A stretch of 64,000 nt of DNA from an uncultured Chitinophaga sp. (lineage in GTDB: Bacteria > Bacteroidota > Bacteroidia > UKL13-3): positions 21,039 to 85,038 of the forward strand of contig CAYUDC010000001.1 in assembly GCA_964443415.1 (NCBI GenBank). The letters are read 5' to 3'. Below the pieces are notes generated by a model. It ran no database searches, had not been told where the DNA came from, and saw nothing but the letters and a program-made list of their open reading frames with translations. Below are positions 46,167 to 55,415 of this stretch, in pieces. Each line of letters starts with the position of its first letter. The stretch's first letter is position 1. A program made the translations under genes and the position numbers.

Positions 46167-49100
46167 ATGTTATACATCTCCTCTAAACGATTTCGAGAAT
46201 TTTGGGTCAAACCAATATTTTCGATTGTTGCCATTTTACTAATGGCATCTGGGCTTTATGCTCAAACAAACATAGCCCCTTTGGCTACTGCTTCCGCGTC
46301 TTCCTGTATGACCGGACCGTGTAGTGCATTTAATGATTTAAACTATGGTACTTGTGGGACGCAATTGGTGTGGATTTCTACATCTGGCCCTCCTGCCGGT
46401 ACAGAATGGTTAGAGTTTACCTGGCCAACTACGCAAGTGTTTGACAAAATTACCATTCACCATGCCCAAACCACTGGCCGCTTTTTGGCGGGTGGAACTA
46501 TTCAAGTTTGGAATGGTACTTCCTACGTTAATCACCACACTTTTTCTGGATTGAACCAAGCGAATTGTGTGAATGATGTAAGTTTCTTACCGGTAGCCTC
46601 AACAAGACTACGTATTACTGCTTTTGTAATGGGTACAGGACAGAACTCTAACCCAAACTTTCGTGAAATTGAAGTTTGGAGAGGTTCTCTTTCAGGCAAT
46701 GATGTTGGTATAGCAAGTATTGATTCAGTTGGAACCGTTTGTTCAACAACTGCAATTCCTGTCTATGCCACTATTCAAAATTTTGGTACCAACCAAGTTA
46801 CCTCTGCTAATGTTTTATGGAGTGTAAATGGTGCGTTGCAATCAGTTATCCCTTTTACTGGCACTTTGGATACTGCTGGTGGAGCAGGTTCCAACAAAGC
46901 TACAGTTCTACTTGGCACTTATGGTTTCTCGCCTACCAATTCTGTTATTAAAGCTTGGACTAGTCAACCTAATAGTACAGCTGATACCATAAGAGTTAAT
47001 GATACTGCTTCAGTAACTAAATCAATTGCACTTGCTTCTGGTACTTATACTATTGGTGGAACTGCTCCAGACTTTGTATCGTTTACTGCTGCTAGAAATG
47101 CTTTATATGCTCGCGGTATTTGTGGCCCTGTTACTTTTATAGTAGCCAATGGTACCTACAATGAGCAAGTAGATTTTACTGGTCATATTTCTGGCGCTTC
47201 TGATGTTAATACCATTACTTTTAGAGGTACTAGCAGAGCAGGTACTATTCTTAATTTTGCTTCTACAAATACGGCTCAAAGGCATACGCTTCTGTTTGCC
47301 TCTAATGCGCGTTTTATCACCTTTAGAGACATGACCATTCGTGGTAATGGTAATTTTGCTGGTGATTTTGCCTTTACTTTAATTATTAACAGTGGTGCCA
47401 GAAGCATTAGAGTGGCCAATTGTGATATCTTAGTTGCAGGTGCTAACTCATTATCTGGTACAACAAATTATATCCCTGTGTTACTTGGTGGTACTTCTTC
47501 TTCTTATTCTTCTGGTAGCAGAGTGGATAGCGTAGAAATTGATACTTGTTTAATTAGCCGTGGGTATTTTGGTGTAGTGAATTATGGTGTTTCTGGTAAC
47601 CTAGGTTTGAACGTAAAGTTTAGAGGATGTTTATTTAAAGAAAACTATTACTATGGATATTACGGTGTTCAAAATGGTAACTTAACTTTAGAGAATAACG
47701 ATTTCCAATTACAAACTGCTACCACTGGTATTACTCCAATTTATGTTTCTACTGCTACTGCACCTACCAATTTTCATCACAGAATTGTAGGTAATAAAAT
47801 GAGAGAAATAGGGTCTTATGCTATGGCACTCTTTACAGTTACAAATCCATCAACTGGTAAAGGTTTAATTGCAAACAATGCCATTGGTGGTGCGCAAATT
47901 TCTACAACTGGTTATGGAATTTATATGAGTGGCTGTAGCAACTTTATGATGTTGCATAACTCTGTAAATTTAAATATTGCAGGATCTACCAATGCAATTT
48001 ATGCAGGTATATATATTACCAGTGGTTCTGGAAATAGTATCATTAATAATAACCTTGCTAGAACTGCTTCTGGTGCTGGTATGCCTATGTATTTAGTGAC
48101 AAGCGCTGTAAGTGATACTTGCGATTACAATAACTATTTTAAGGTAGATACTGTGAGCGGTTTAATTTATAAAGGAGCTACCTATATGCCTGCTACCTTT
48201 AGGGGCACAATGGCTAAGGATAGCTTCTCTTTAAATAACCCTCCTGGATTCTTAAGTGCTACCAATTTAAATATCAATGTGCCTTGTAATAAAGGTATGG
48301 CTTTACCTGTGGTACCAACTGATATCAATGGTTTAGCTCGTTCTATTACTGCTCCAAATATGGGTGCTTACGAAATGTTAGCGCTTAATAATAACATTGG
48401 TATTGAAAGAATTCTTGCACCAACGCCAACTACTTTCACCATTGGAAGTAATGATGTTTGGGCTTTAATTAGAAATACTGGTATTAATACAGTAAGTAGT
48501 TTTGATGTTTCATACACCAATAATGGCGGTACTCCAGTGACACAATCGGTTACTGCTACATTGGCCGCTTGTGATACCATTAGTGTATTGTTTACAGGTA
48601 CCAATCAAGTAACTTTAGGTTCAAGCAATAAATTAAAAGTTTATACCAGCGGACCTAATGCAAGTTTAGATTCATTCCCTGCTAATGACACCTTGGTGGC
48701 TGATTTATATGCTCCGTTAAGTGGTAACTATACTATCGGTGGCAGCACTGCAAATTTTGCCAACTTTACTGCCGCTGTTAATGCCCTTAAAGGTGCTGGT
48801 ATTGCTGGGCATGTTACTTTTACCGTTAATCCTGGTACTTATAATGAATTTGTGAACTTAGATGGAACAATTTTAGGTTTACATGATACTGCAAGGGTAT
48901 TGTTCAGTGGTGTGGATAAAAACACTGTGATAATAGAAGCTAACAGAGGTTCTGCACCAGTGGTGGGTATTTTTGGACATCGTTATATCACCTTTAGGGA
49001 TATGACCATTAGAAATACTTCTCCTTCAGGTACAGGTTTTGCCATTGTAGGAAATACTACCAACAATGCTGGTACTGGTTGTGGAATCATTAATTGTATT

Positions 49101-52100
49101 GTTGATATGCCAAATGTAACCACAGCTACAGCTTATGGAATATTGGCAACAGGTACTGCCTCTGGTTATGGAATTGGAGCTATGCGCGCTGATTCAATTA
49201 CCATTGATTCAAATGTGGTAAACAAATCTTTCTATGCTATAACTGTTTATGGTGCTACCAATGCATTGTATAACCGTTTTATTAGAATTAGAAATAATAC
49301 CTGTAACAATATTTACTATATGGGTGCATATGTTGCTTATAACTACAATGCCATTGATTTTATAGGTAACAAGTTTACCATGGATCCTACCTATGGTTAT
49401 TATGGGGTTTATTATTATGCTAACCAAAATGCGAGTGCAACTGTGCCACATAGATTCCACGGTAATACTGTTATTAATCACGGTGGTTATGGCGCCTTCT
49501 TGTATTTCCCAACCACTAACAGTGCAAACTCGGCTATCACAGAAGTGTATAATAACATGATTGTATCTGGCCCAACCTATAACTTTGTGTATGGTATCTA
49601 TGTGCAAGATCAATCTTCTTCTAGATCAAGAATTATTCATAATACCTCTGTAAATAGATATCCTACAGGTACGGTGAGTTATGCTGCTATCGGAACAACT
49701 GGTTCTACTCAGGTGGTGGTTAAAAATAATATTTGTGTAAATTTAGCTGGTTCGGCTGCTCCTGCCTACTTTGCTACCAACCCTGCTGCTGGTAATGTTA
49801 ACCATAATATTTATTGGAATACTGCTGGTACTGCATTGGTTTTTAGAAACGGAACGTATTGGAACGCCTCTAACTTTAAAACTGCTACAAATGGTGGTGA
49901 CTCTTCTCACAACATTAACCCAGATTTAGTGAGTGCCACAGACTTACATACTACTAGTGCTTGTTTGCCTAAAGGTGCTGATTTCTCAGCATTTTTAACC
50001 ACAGACATTGATGGCGATGTAAGAACCATTCCAAGTATGATTGGTGCTGATGAGGTGGTGGGTATGAGCAACGACCTTGAAGTTGTTTCTATTCTTGCTC
50101 CTTCTATTCCTGTAAGTTTAGGTGCACAAGACCTAAAAGTGTTGGTTAAAAATAGAGGTACTAATACCGTTACTAGCTTTAACGTTGCTTATAGTTTAAA
50201 TAATGGTACTCCAGTGGTATTAGCCTACAGTGGGTCTGGTTTGTCTTCTTGTCAATCTGATACCATTACCTTTACGGGTACTAACCAAATTACCATTGGA
50301 ACTGGTGTGAACAATGTAAAAGTTTATACTTATGCTCCAAATGCCAGTGCAGATAGCAATCCTATTAATGATACTTTAGGAGCCTCATTGGCAGCGCCGC
50401 TTTCTGGTAACTATATTGTGGGTGCGGCTCCTTCTGACTTCCCTTCTTTAACAGCTGCATTGTTGGCTGCCAAAACAAGAGGAATCGCAGGTAGAACTAC
50501 CTTCTTAATGAAATCAGGTGTATATACTGGTAACTATGCTGTTGAGCCAATGCCTGGAACTTCTGCTACCAACACAGTAAATATTGAATCATTAACTGGT
50601 AACCGTGACGATGTAAGATTTGAATTCTCAAATGATGCTTCAAATCTTCAGGTATTTAACATCTCTGCAAGTTTTGTAAACTTTAGAAATGTAACCATTC
50701 GTCAAACCAATGGTAACCTAACCTCTACCAATACTATTGTGAGATTTAATGGCGCACCTACCAACGACTCTTTAGTAAATTGTGTGGTTTGGGGACCTAT
50801 TTTTGGAGTAGATGGAAATAGCACAGCTAGTTATTCTCTGTATGCTACAGGTATCAATACCAATAGATTGATTTTTGAAAACAACTATTTCAAAGGTTCT
50901 TTCTATGGAGCTTATTTCTTTGGAAATAATGCAAACTACTCTGTTAAAAATACTGAATTTATTGGTAATACTTTTGACAGTGTGACCTATGGTGCTTTAT
51001 ATTACTTATACTATACTACTGGTACAAAAGTTATCAATAATATCTTTAATCATAGGGTAATTGGTGGTACTTACACCACTGGCTACCAGTATTGGTATTA
51101 TAATGACTCAGGTTATGTATGTACTAATAACAAAGTTCAAACCTTTGGTGGTAAGAGTTTATATTGGTACAACTATTATAGTAGAAATGCTGCTTCAAAC
51201 CCTTCTATCATTGCCAACAATGATGTAAATGGTGCTTCAGCCTTTATTTATTGGGCATTGTTTGGTAGTGTTACCAATAACCAAAACTTCTACCATAATA
51301 CAGTGCATTCTGGTTCAAATTATACTTACTTTAATGCAACTGGAAATAGCAACGTAAAAGTGTTTAACAACATTTTTGCTGCTTCGGGTACTTATTCATT
51401 GTATTGGTCAGGTGCACCTGCAGGTATTGCTCAAATTAATACCGATTACAACTTGTATTTTACAACAGGTTCAACTACTCCAATTTATGCAACAGCTGCA
51501 AGAACTCTGGCAGCCTTTAAAGGAGCCTACCCTACGTATGATAGAAACTCGGTGCAAAATAGAGCTCCGTTCATGAGCAACGCTAACCTTATGCCAAATG
51601 CAAATGATACAAATGTATGGTTAATCAATGGCAGAGGTGTTCATAACACTATATCTCCTATAGATTTTGTTGGTGTAACCAGACCAGCTTCTGTATTAAA
51701 TGGTGCGCCAGATTTAGGTGCCTACGAAGTAACACCTTCTATTAGCACTTTGGCTCCTTTAGCAACTGTTGTTCCTGCCATTCCAGTAGCGGGTGGTACT
51801 CAACATTTCTTAGTAGGTCAAGACTCTGTAGCTAAAATCACTTGGGATCCATTTACTTCTTTACCAACTAATGTTTCATTGAGATATTATACTGGCGAAC
51901 AGCCAAATACTCAAGGTGCTACTGGTAAAGCCATCAATGCTTATTATGATGTGAAGTTAACAGGCTCTGGCTTGTTGTATAATTTAGACTTGCATTATAA
52001 AAATACCCTACGTGGAAATATTGCTGCTCAAGGCGATTTAAGAATGGCTAACTATCCTGTGGGTTCTTGGAATTACTTAGGTGCAAGTGTAGTGGATAGT

Positions 52101-54476
52101 ACCAGATTAATGGTAAGTACCACGGGTATTTCTGATACAAGTGCCGTTTGGACTTTAACAGATGCTACCGATCCACTAACTACTTTCTTAAATATTACTG
52201 CTCAGCCTCAAAGCACTACTAAATGTACTGGAGATTCTGCTGTATTCACAGTAGCTGCAATTGGTACTGGTTTATCTTACCAATGGCAAGTGAATACTGG
52301 TACTGGATTTACCAATATTACAGGTGCTACTTCAACTACTTTGGTAGTGAATAGTCTTACTACTGCATTTAACAACTACAAATACCGTTGTGCTATTTCT
52401 AACTTAACAGGTACTGCTCAGTCTAACGAAGCTACCTTAACTATTGGCTCTAGCACTAACATTACCACCCAACCAATCAATGCTGCTGGTTGTCAAGGAG
52501 ACAATGCAGTGTTTACTTTAGGTGCTACAGGTAGTAACTTGGCTTTTGAATGGCAAGAAAACACTGGTTCTGGTTTTGCTACCATTACTGGTGCTACAGG
52601 TTCAACCCTTATCAGAGCAAATATCCAAGCTGCTATGACTGGTTATACTTATAGATCTATTGTTACTGGTGCTTGCGGTGTGAGAACTTCAGATACAGTA
52701 TCTTTAACAGTAAGTGGTCCAATCTCTATTACCACTCAACCAGCTCCAACTACTGTAAACACTTGTGCAGGTTCAACTGTCAATATTACCATGGTTTCTA
52801 CTGGTGCCACTACTTATCAATGGCAAATTGATGTGGGTAGTGGTTATGCAAACATTCCTAATGGTAATGGTGCAAACCTTAGCATTGCCAATGTTCCGGC
52901 TAGTTACAATAATGGTACTATCCGTTGTGTGCTAACCAATGCATGTAATACTACTTTTAGTAATACCGTTTCTATTACCGTTCAAACTCCTGGTTTATGG
53001 AGTGGTGTAACAAGCACTGCTTGGACAACTGCTAGTAACTGGGGATGTAGCGCAGTACCAACTGCTACTACTGATGTGGTAATTCCTGGTTCTGCTGTAA
53101 ATATGCCTGCTGCAAGTACTGCAGTTAACATGCGTTCATTAACAGTTGATCCTTCTGCTACCATTACTTTAAGTGGTGCTGGTGCGCTTAACATTTACGG
53201 AAACCTTACCAATAATGGTACAATTTCTGGTGCAAATGCATGGGTTAACTTTATGGGAACTGCTGCACAAACCATTAATGGTGGTACTTATAATAGAGTT
53301 TCTTTAGACAATGCTGCTGGTTTAACTACTACTGCTGCTTTAACCATTAATGATACCTTACAATTAGTAAGTGGTAAAGTAACTTTAGGTTCAAACAATC
53401 TTACCATTGGATCTTCAGCTAGATTGCTAGGTAACTCTGCTGCTAACTATATTGTAACCAATGGAACTGGAAGTTTAGTGATGAATAACATCGGTACTTC
53501 TGGTAGAACTGGTGCTATTGTATTCCCAGTGGGTACAGCAAGCAATTACAATCCAGCTACTTTAAACAATACAGGTGTTGCAGATAACTTTGCAGCTAGA
53601 GTAATAACAGGTTCATATCCTGCCTTCACTGGAAGCACACCTTCGGGTGCTGCCTACACCAGCAACGTAGTAGATGCTAACTGGATTATCGATGAAGCTA
53701 TTCAAGGTGGTTCAAACTTGGTGGTGAGCTTACAATGGAATGCTTCGCAAGAGCTTCCAAGCTTTACTAGAGCTTCTTCATACATTGCTCGTTACTTAGC
53801 AAATGGTTGGAACAATGCTGCTGCTTCTGCTGCAACAGGTGCCAATCCTTATGCGAGCACTGTAAGTGGTATCACTGTTTTAGCTCCAATGGGTGTAGGT
53901 TCAAACGGAACCCTTCCTGTAAGCTGGCTATCATTTACTGCTAATGCCAATGGTATGGATGCGGTATTAAATTGGGCAACTGCAACAGAGATAAATAACA
54001 AAGGATTTGAAGTAGAGCGTTCATTAGATGGCTCAATCTTTAAAACCATTGGTTTTGTTGAAGGTAACATTAACAGTGGTTCTGTTAAGAACTACAGATT
54101 TACTGATAACAGAGCGCTTGAAATGTTTGCTGGTGCTAGCGTTTACTATCGCTTAAAACAAGTTGATTTAGATGGAAACTATTCTTATAGCAACATCGCC
54201 CTATTAAATACTGAAGAAGGTTCTGATATTAGCTTATATCCTAATCCATTTAACAGTACTACGGGTGTGTATGTAAATGCTACCGAGGATGCCAATGTTA
54301 CCATCGAAGTGAAAGATTTAATGGGTAGAAGCATCGCTTTAACTACTGCTTCAGTTGTTAAAGGTGGTCAATACCTAACTATCGAAGCACTTTCAACTGT
54401 GGCTGATGGTATGTATTTAGTTCAAGTTGAATTAAATGGTGAACTTAAATCTTTCAGAGTTCAAAAGACTAAGTAA
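46167..54476 (+). CDS. Giant (2769 aa) T9SS-secreted protein: discoidin-like domain, 3x (CARDB-like + right-handed beta-helix), 3x Ig-like, T9SS CTD
   Basis: Signal peptide. The N-terminal F5/8-type-C-like domain begins NIAPLATASASS, continues ...EWLEF...FDKITIHHAQ..., and ends REIEVWRG. Three ~1.69 kb super-repeats start at 46698, 48400 and 50070. Their beta-helix rungs show N-N-x-(F/I/V) ladders (NNNLART, NNMIVSG, NNICVN, NNIFA). Three Ig-like repeats follow (ITxQPxxxxxCxGxxAVFTVxAxGxxLxYQWQ). The pre-CTD module is shared with the upstream gene. The CTD ends LYPNPFNSTTGVYVN...GMYLVQVELNGELKSFRVQKTK. Confidence 0.85.
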   Translation: MLYISSKRFREFWVKPIFSIVAILLMASGLYAQTNIAPLATASASSCMTGPCSAFNDLNYGTCGTQLVWISTSGPPAGTEWLEFTWPTTQVFDKITIHHAQTTGRFLAGGTIQVWNGTSYVNHHTFSGLNQANCVNDVSFLPVASTRLRITAFVMGTGQNSNPNFREIEVWRGSLSGNDVGIASIDSVGTVCSTTAIPVYATIQNFGTNQVTSANVLWSVNGALQSVIPFTGTLDTAGGAGSNKATVLLGTYGFSPTNSVIKAWTSQPNSTADTIRVNDTASVTKSIALASGTYTIGGTAPDFVSFTAARNALYARGICGPVTFIVANGTYNEQVDFTGHISGASDVNTITFRGTSRAGTILNFASTNTAQRHTLLFASNARFITFRDMTIRGNGNFAGDFAFTLIINSGARSIRVANCDILVAGANSLSGTTNYIPVLLGGTSSSYSSGSRVDSVEIDTCLISRGYFGVVNYGVSGNLGLNVKFRGCLFKENYYYGYYGVQNGNLTLENNDFQLQTATTGITPIYVSTATAPTNFHHRIVGNKMREIGSYAMALFTVTNPSTGKGLIANNAIGGAQISTTGYGIYMSGCSNFMMLHNSVNLNIAGSTNAIYAGIYITSGSGNSIINNNLARTASGAGMPMYLVTSAVSDTCDYNNYFKVDTVSGLIYKGATYMPATFRGTMAKDSFSLNNPPGFLSATNLNINVPCNKGMALPVVPTDINGLARSITAPNMGAYEMLALNNNIGIERILAPTPTTFTIGSNDVWALIRNTGINTVSSFDVSYTNNGGTPVTQSVTATLAACDTISVLFTGTNQVTLGSSNKLKVYTSGPNASLDSFPANDTLVADLYAPLSGNYTIGGSTANFANFTAAVNALKGAGIAGHVTFTVNPGTYNEFVNLDGTILGLHDTARVLFSGVDKNTVIIEANRGSAPVVGIFGHRYITFRDMTIRNTSPSGTGFAIVGNTTNNAGTGCGIINCIVDMPNVTTATAYGILATGTASGYGIGAMRADSITIDSNVVNKSFYAITVYGATNALYNRFIRIRNNTCNNIYYMGAYVAYNYNAIDFIGNKFTMDPTYGYYGVYYYANQNASATVPHRFHGNTVINHGGYGAFLYFPTTNSANSAITEVYNNMIVSGPTYNFVYGIYVQDQSSSRSRIIHNTSVNRYPTGTVSYAAIGTTGSTQVVVKNNICVNLAGSAAPAYFATNPAAGNVNHNIYWNTAGTALVFRNGTYWNASNFKTATNGGDSSHNINPDLVSATDLHTTSACLPKGADFSAFLTTDIDGDVRTIPSMIGADEVVGMSNDLEVVSILAPSIPVSLGAQDLKVLVKNRGTNTVTSFNVAYSLNNGTPVVLAYSGSGLSSCQSDTITFTGTNQITIGTGVNNVKVYTYAPNASADSNPINDTLGASLAAPLSGNYIVGAAPSDFPSLTAALLAAKTRGIAGRTTFLMKSGVYTGNYAVEPMPGTSATNTVNIESLTGNRDDVRFEFSNDASNLQVFNISASFVNFRNVTIRQTNGNLTSTNTIVRFNGAPTNDSLVNCVVWGPIFGVDGNSTASYSLYATGINTNRLIFENNYFKGSFYGAYFFGNNANYSVKNTEFIGNTFDSVTYGALYYLYYTTGTKVINNIFNHRVIGGTYTTGYQYWYYNDSGYVCTNNKVQTFGGKSLYWYNYYSRNAASNPSIIANNDVNGASAFIYWALFGSVTNNQNFYHNTVHSGSNYTYFNATGNSNVKVFNNIFAASGTYSLYWSGAPAGIAQINTDYNLYFTTGSTTPIYATAARTLAAFKGAYPTYDRNSVQNRAPFMSNANLMPNANDTNVWLINGRGVHNTISPIDFVGVTRPASVLNGAPDLGAYEVTPSISTLAPLATVVPAIPVAGGTQHFLVGQDSVAKITWDPFTSLPTNVSLRYYTGEQPNTQGATGKAINAYYDVKLTGSGLLYNLDLHYKNTLRGNIAAQGDLRMANYPVGSWNYLGASVVDSTRLMVSTTGISDTSAVWTLTDATDPLTTFLNITAQPQSTTKCTGDSAVFTVAAIGTGLSYQWQVNTGTGFTNITGATSTTLVVNSLTTAFNNYKYRCAISNLTGTAQSNEATLTIGSSTNITTQPINAAGCQGDNAVFTLGATGSNLAFEWQENTGSGFATITGATGSTLIRANIQAAMTGYTYRSIVTGACGVRTSDTVSLTVSGPISITTQPAPTTVNTCAGSTVNITMVSTGATTYQWQIDVGSGYANIPNGNGANLSIANVPASYNNGTIRCVLTNACNTTFSNTVSITVQTPGLWSGVTSTAWTTASNWGCSAVPTATTDVVIPGSAVNMPAASTAVNMRSLTVDPSATITLSGAGALNIYGNLTNNGTISGANAWVNFMGTAAQTINGGTYNRVSLDNAAGLTTTAALTINDTLQLVSGKVTLGSNNLTIGSSARLLGNSAANYIVTNGTGSLVMNNIGTSGRTGAIVFPVGTASNYNPATLNNTGVADNFAARVITGSYPAFTGSTPSGAAYTSNVVDANWIIDEAIQGGSNLVVSLQWNASQELPSFTRASSYIARYLANGWNNAAASAATGANPYASTVSGITVLAPMGVGSNGTLPVSWLSFTANANGMDAVLNWATATEINNKGFEVERSLDGSIFKTIGFVEGNINSGSVKNYRFTDNRALEMFAGASVYYRLKQVDLDGNYSYSNIALLNTEEGSDISLYPNPFNSTTGVYVNATEDANVTIEVKDLMGRSIALTTASVVKGGQYLTIEALSTVADGMYLVQVELNGELKSFRVQKTK
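46698..51740 (+). repeat. Three tandem ~1.69 kb super-repeats (CARDB-like Ig domain + parallel beta-helix) inside the 2769-aa gene
   Basis: Unit starts are NDVGIASIDSVG (46698), NNIGIERILAPT (48400) and NDLEVVSILAPS (50070). Each is followed by ...PLSGNY(T/I)(I/V)GG...FxxxTAAxxAL...GIAG.VTF..., then beta-helix rungs. Confidence 0.7.
52190..52990 (+). repeat. Three tandem Ig-like repeats (~85 aa each)
   Basis: The repeats begin ITAQPQSTTKCTGDSAVFTVAAIGTGLSYQWQ, ITTQPINAAGCQGDNAVFTLGATGSNLAFEWQ and ITTQPAPTTVNTCAGSTVNITMVSTGATTYQWQ. Each ends in a (Y/I)RC...N motif. Confidence 0.7.
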
Positions 54477-54504
54477 GATTTGGTAACTATATCAAACTAA
54501 AAAA

Positions 54505-54527
54505 GCCCCGATTTTCGGGGCTTTTTT
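54505..54527. terminator. Bidirectional rho-independent terminator between convergent genes
   Basis: A run of 6 A precedes the stem GCCCCGA, loop TTT, and stem TCGGGGC. A run of 6 T follows. It sits between the giant gene (plus strand, ends 54476) and the convergent methyltransferase gene (minus strand, 3' end at 54568). Confidence 0.7.
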
Positions 54528-54567
54528 AGTTTATAAGGAGGATAAATTTTTTTAAGTATTTGCCTGT

Positions 54568-55350
54568 TTATTTTCTTGCGATTAATACAATATCCCAAGT
54601 AAAATCTAAACGATCTTGCGTTAAAAAGAAATCGCTTGTTTGGATGGCCAGTGTTTCTTTGTTTACTTCTTTTAACTCTTTGCGCATGATGCTGGTAAGG
54701 AAGTTATAAGGCGCCACCAACCAAGAAGAGGGAATTAATTTGTGTAGCCCCAAAGGATCTAACCTCAGAATTTTCTTCGCCCATTTGGCATTGTCTTCAT
54801 AATATTTATTTACCCTTTCGCTACCTTGCACTCCCCATAGTTCTATAGAGGTAAATATTGCTCCAGCCTCTTTTTCCATTTCGGCAAAGGTATATTCATG
54901 CACATGAAAGGGGTTTCTGGCAATGCTCATTTTATTATTAGGAGTAGTGCATAAGAATATGCCACCTGGTTTTAACACGCGCATCACATCCTTCATAAAA
55001 CCTGCTCTGTCTTCAATATGCTCGATAAATTGAAAGGCTGTGATAACGTCTAAGCTATTGCTCTCTAGTGGCAATGGAGGAACTTTGCCACTGATAAAGG
55101 AAAGATTGTTTAGGTGTTTATATTTTTCTCTGGCCACTTTAAGGGTTGGCTCACTGTAATCTACCCCAATAACACTATCCACGTGGCTAGCATAAGATTG
55201 GGTGCCATATCCATCTGCACAGCCAATATCTGCAATCCTTTTTCCTTTAACATATTGTAATGCCCATTCGTAGGCAAAAAAGCATCTTTTTACTGTAACA
55301 TTGTTGCTATCTTCAAAGCTGGGTCTTTCTCTATCAAACGATTCTGCCAT
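54568..55350 (-). CDS. Class I SAM-dependent methyltransferase
   Basis: Motif I IADIGCADGYG, then ...VLKPGGIFLCTTP. Confidence 0.75.
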   Translation of the reverse strand: MAESFDRERPSFEDSNNVTVKRCFFAYEWALQYVKGKRIADIGCADGYGTQSYASHVDSVIGVDYSEPTLKVAREKYKHLNNLSFISGKVPPLPLESNSLDVITAFQFIEHIEDRAGFMKDVMRVLKPGGIFLCTTPNNKMSIARNPFHVHEYTFAEMEKEAGAIFTSIELWGVQGSERVNKYYEDNAKWAKKILRLDPLGLHKLIPSSWLVAPYNFLTSIMRKELKEVNKETLAIQTSDFFLTQDRLDFTWDIVLIARK

Positions 55351-55415
55351 GTGTTATTTATTAAGGGCTTATTTTGCGAAAATAGGCAATTCGCTACCTT
55401 TGATAAAAAAATAGT

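Noticed and set aside
49209-49613. 134-aa minus-strand ORF inside giant gene 2, plus several 60-110-aa ORFs inside both giant genes (37186, 39780, 40434, 41778, 43173, 44604, 45363, 47103, 48368, 51376, 52982, 53849)
   Set aside because: They are antisense or off-frame products of repetitive, low-complexity coding sequence. The main frames are continuous over 9.2 and 8.3 kb and carry coherent domain architecture.
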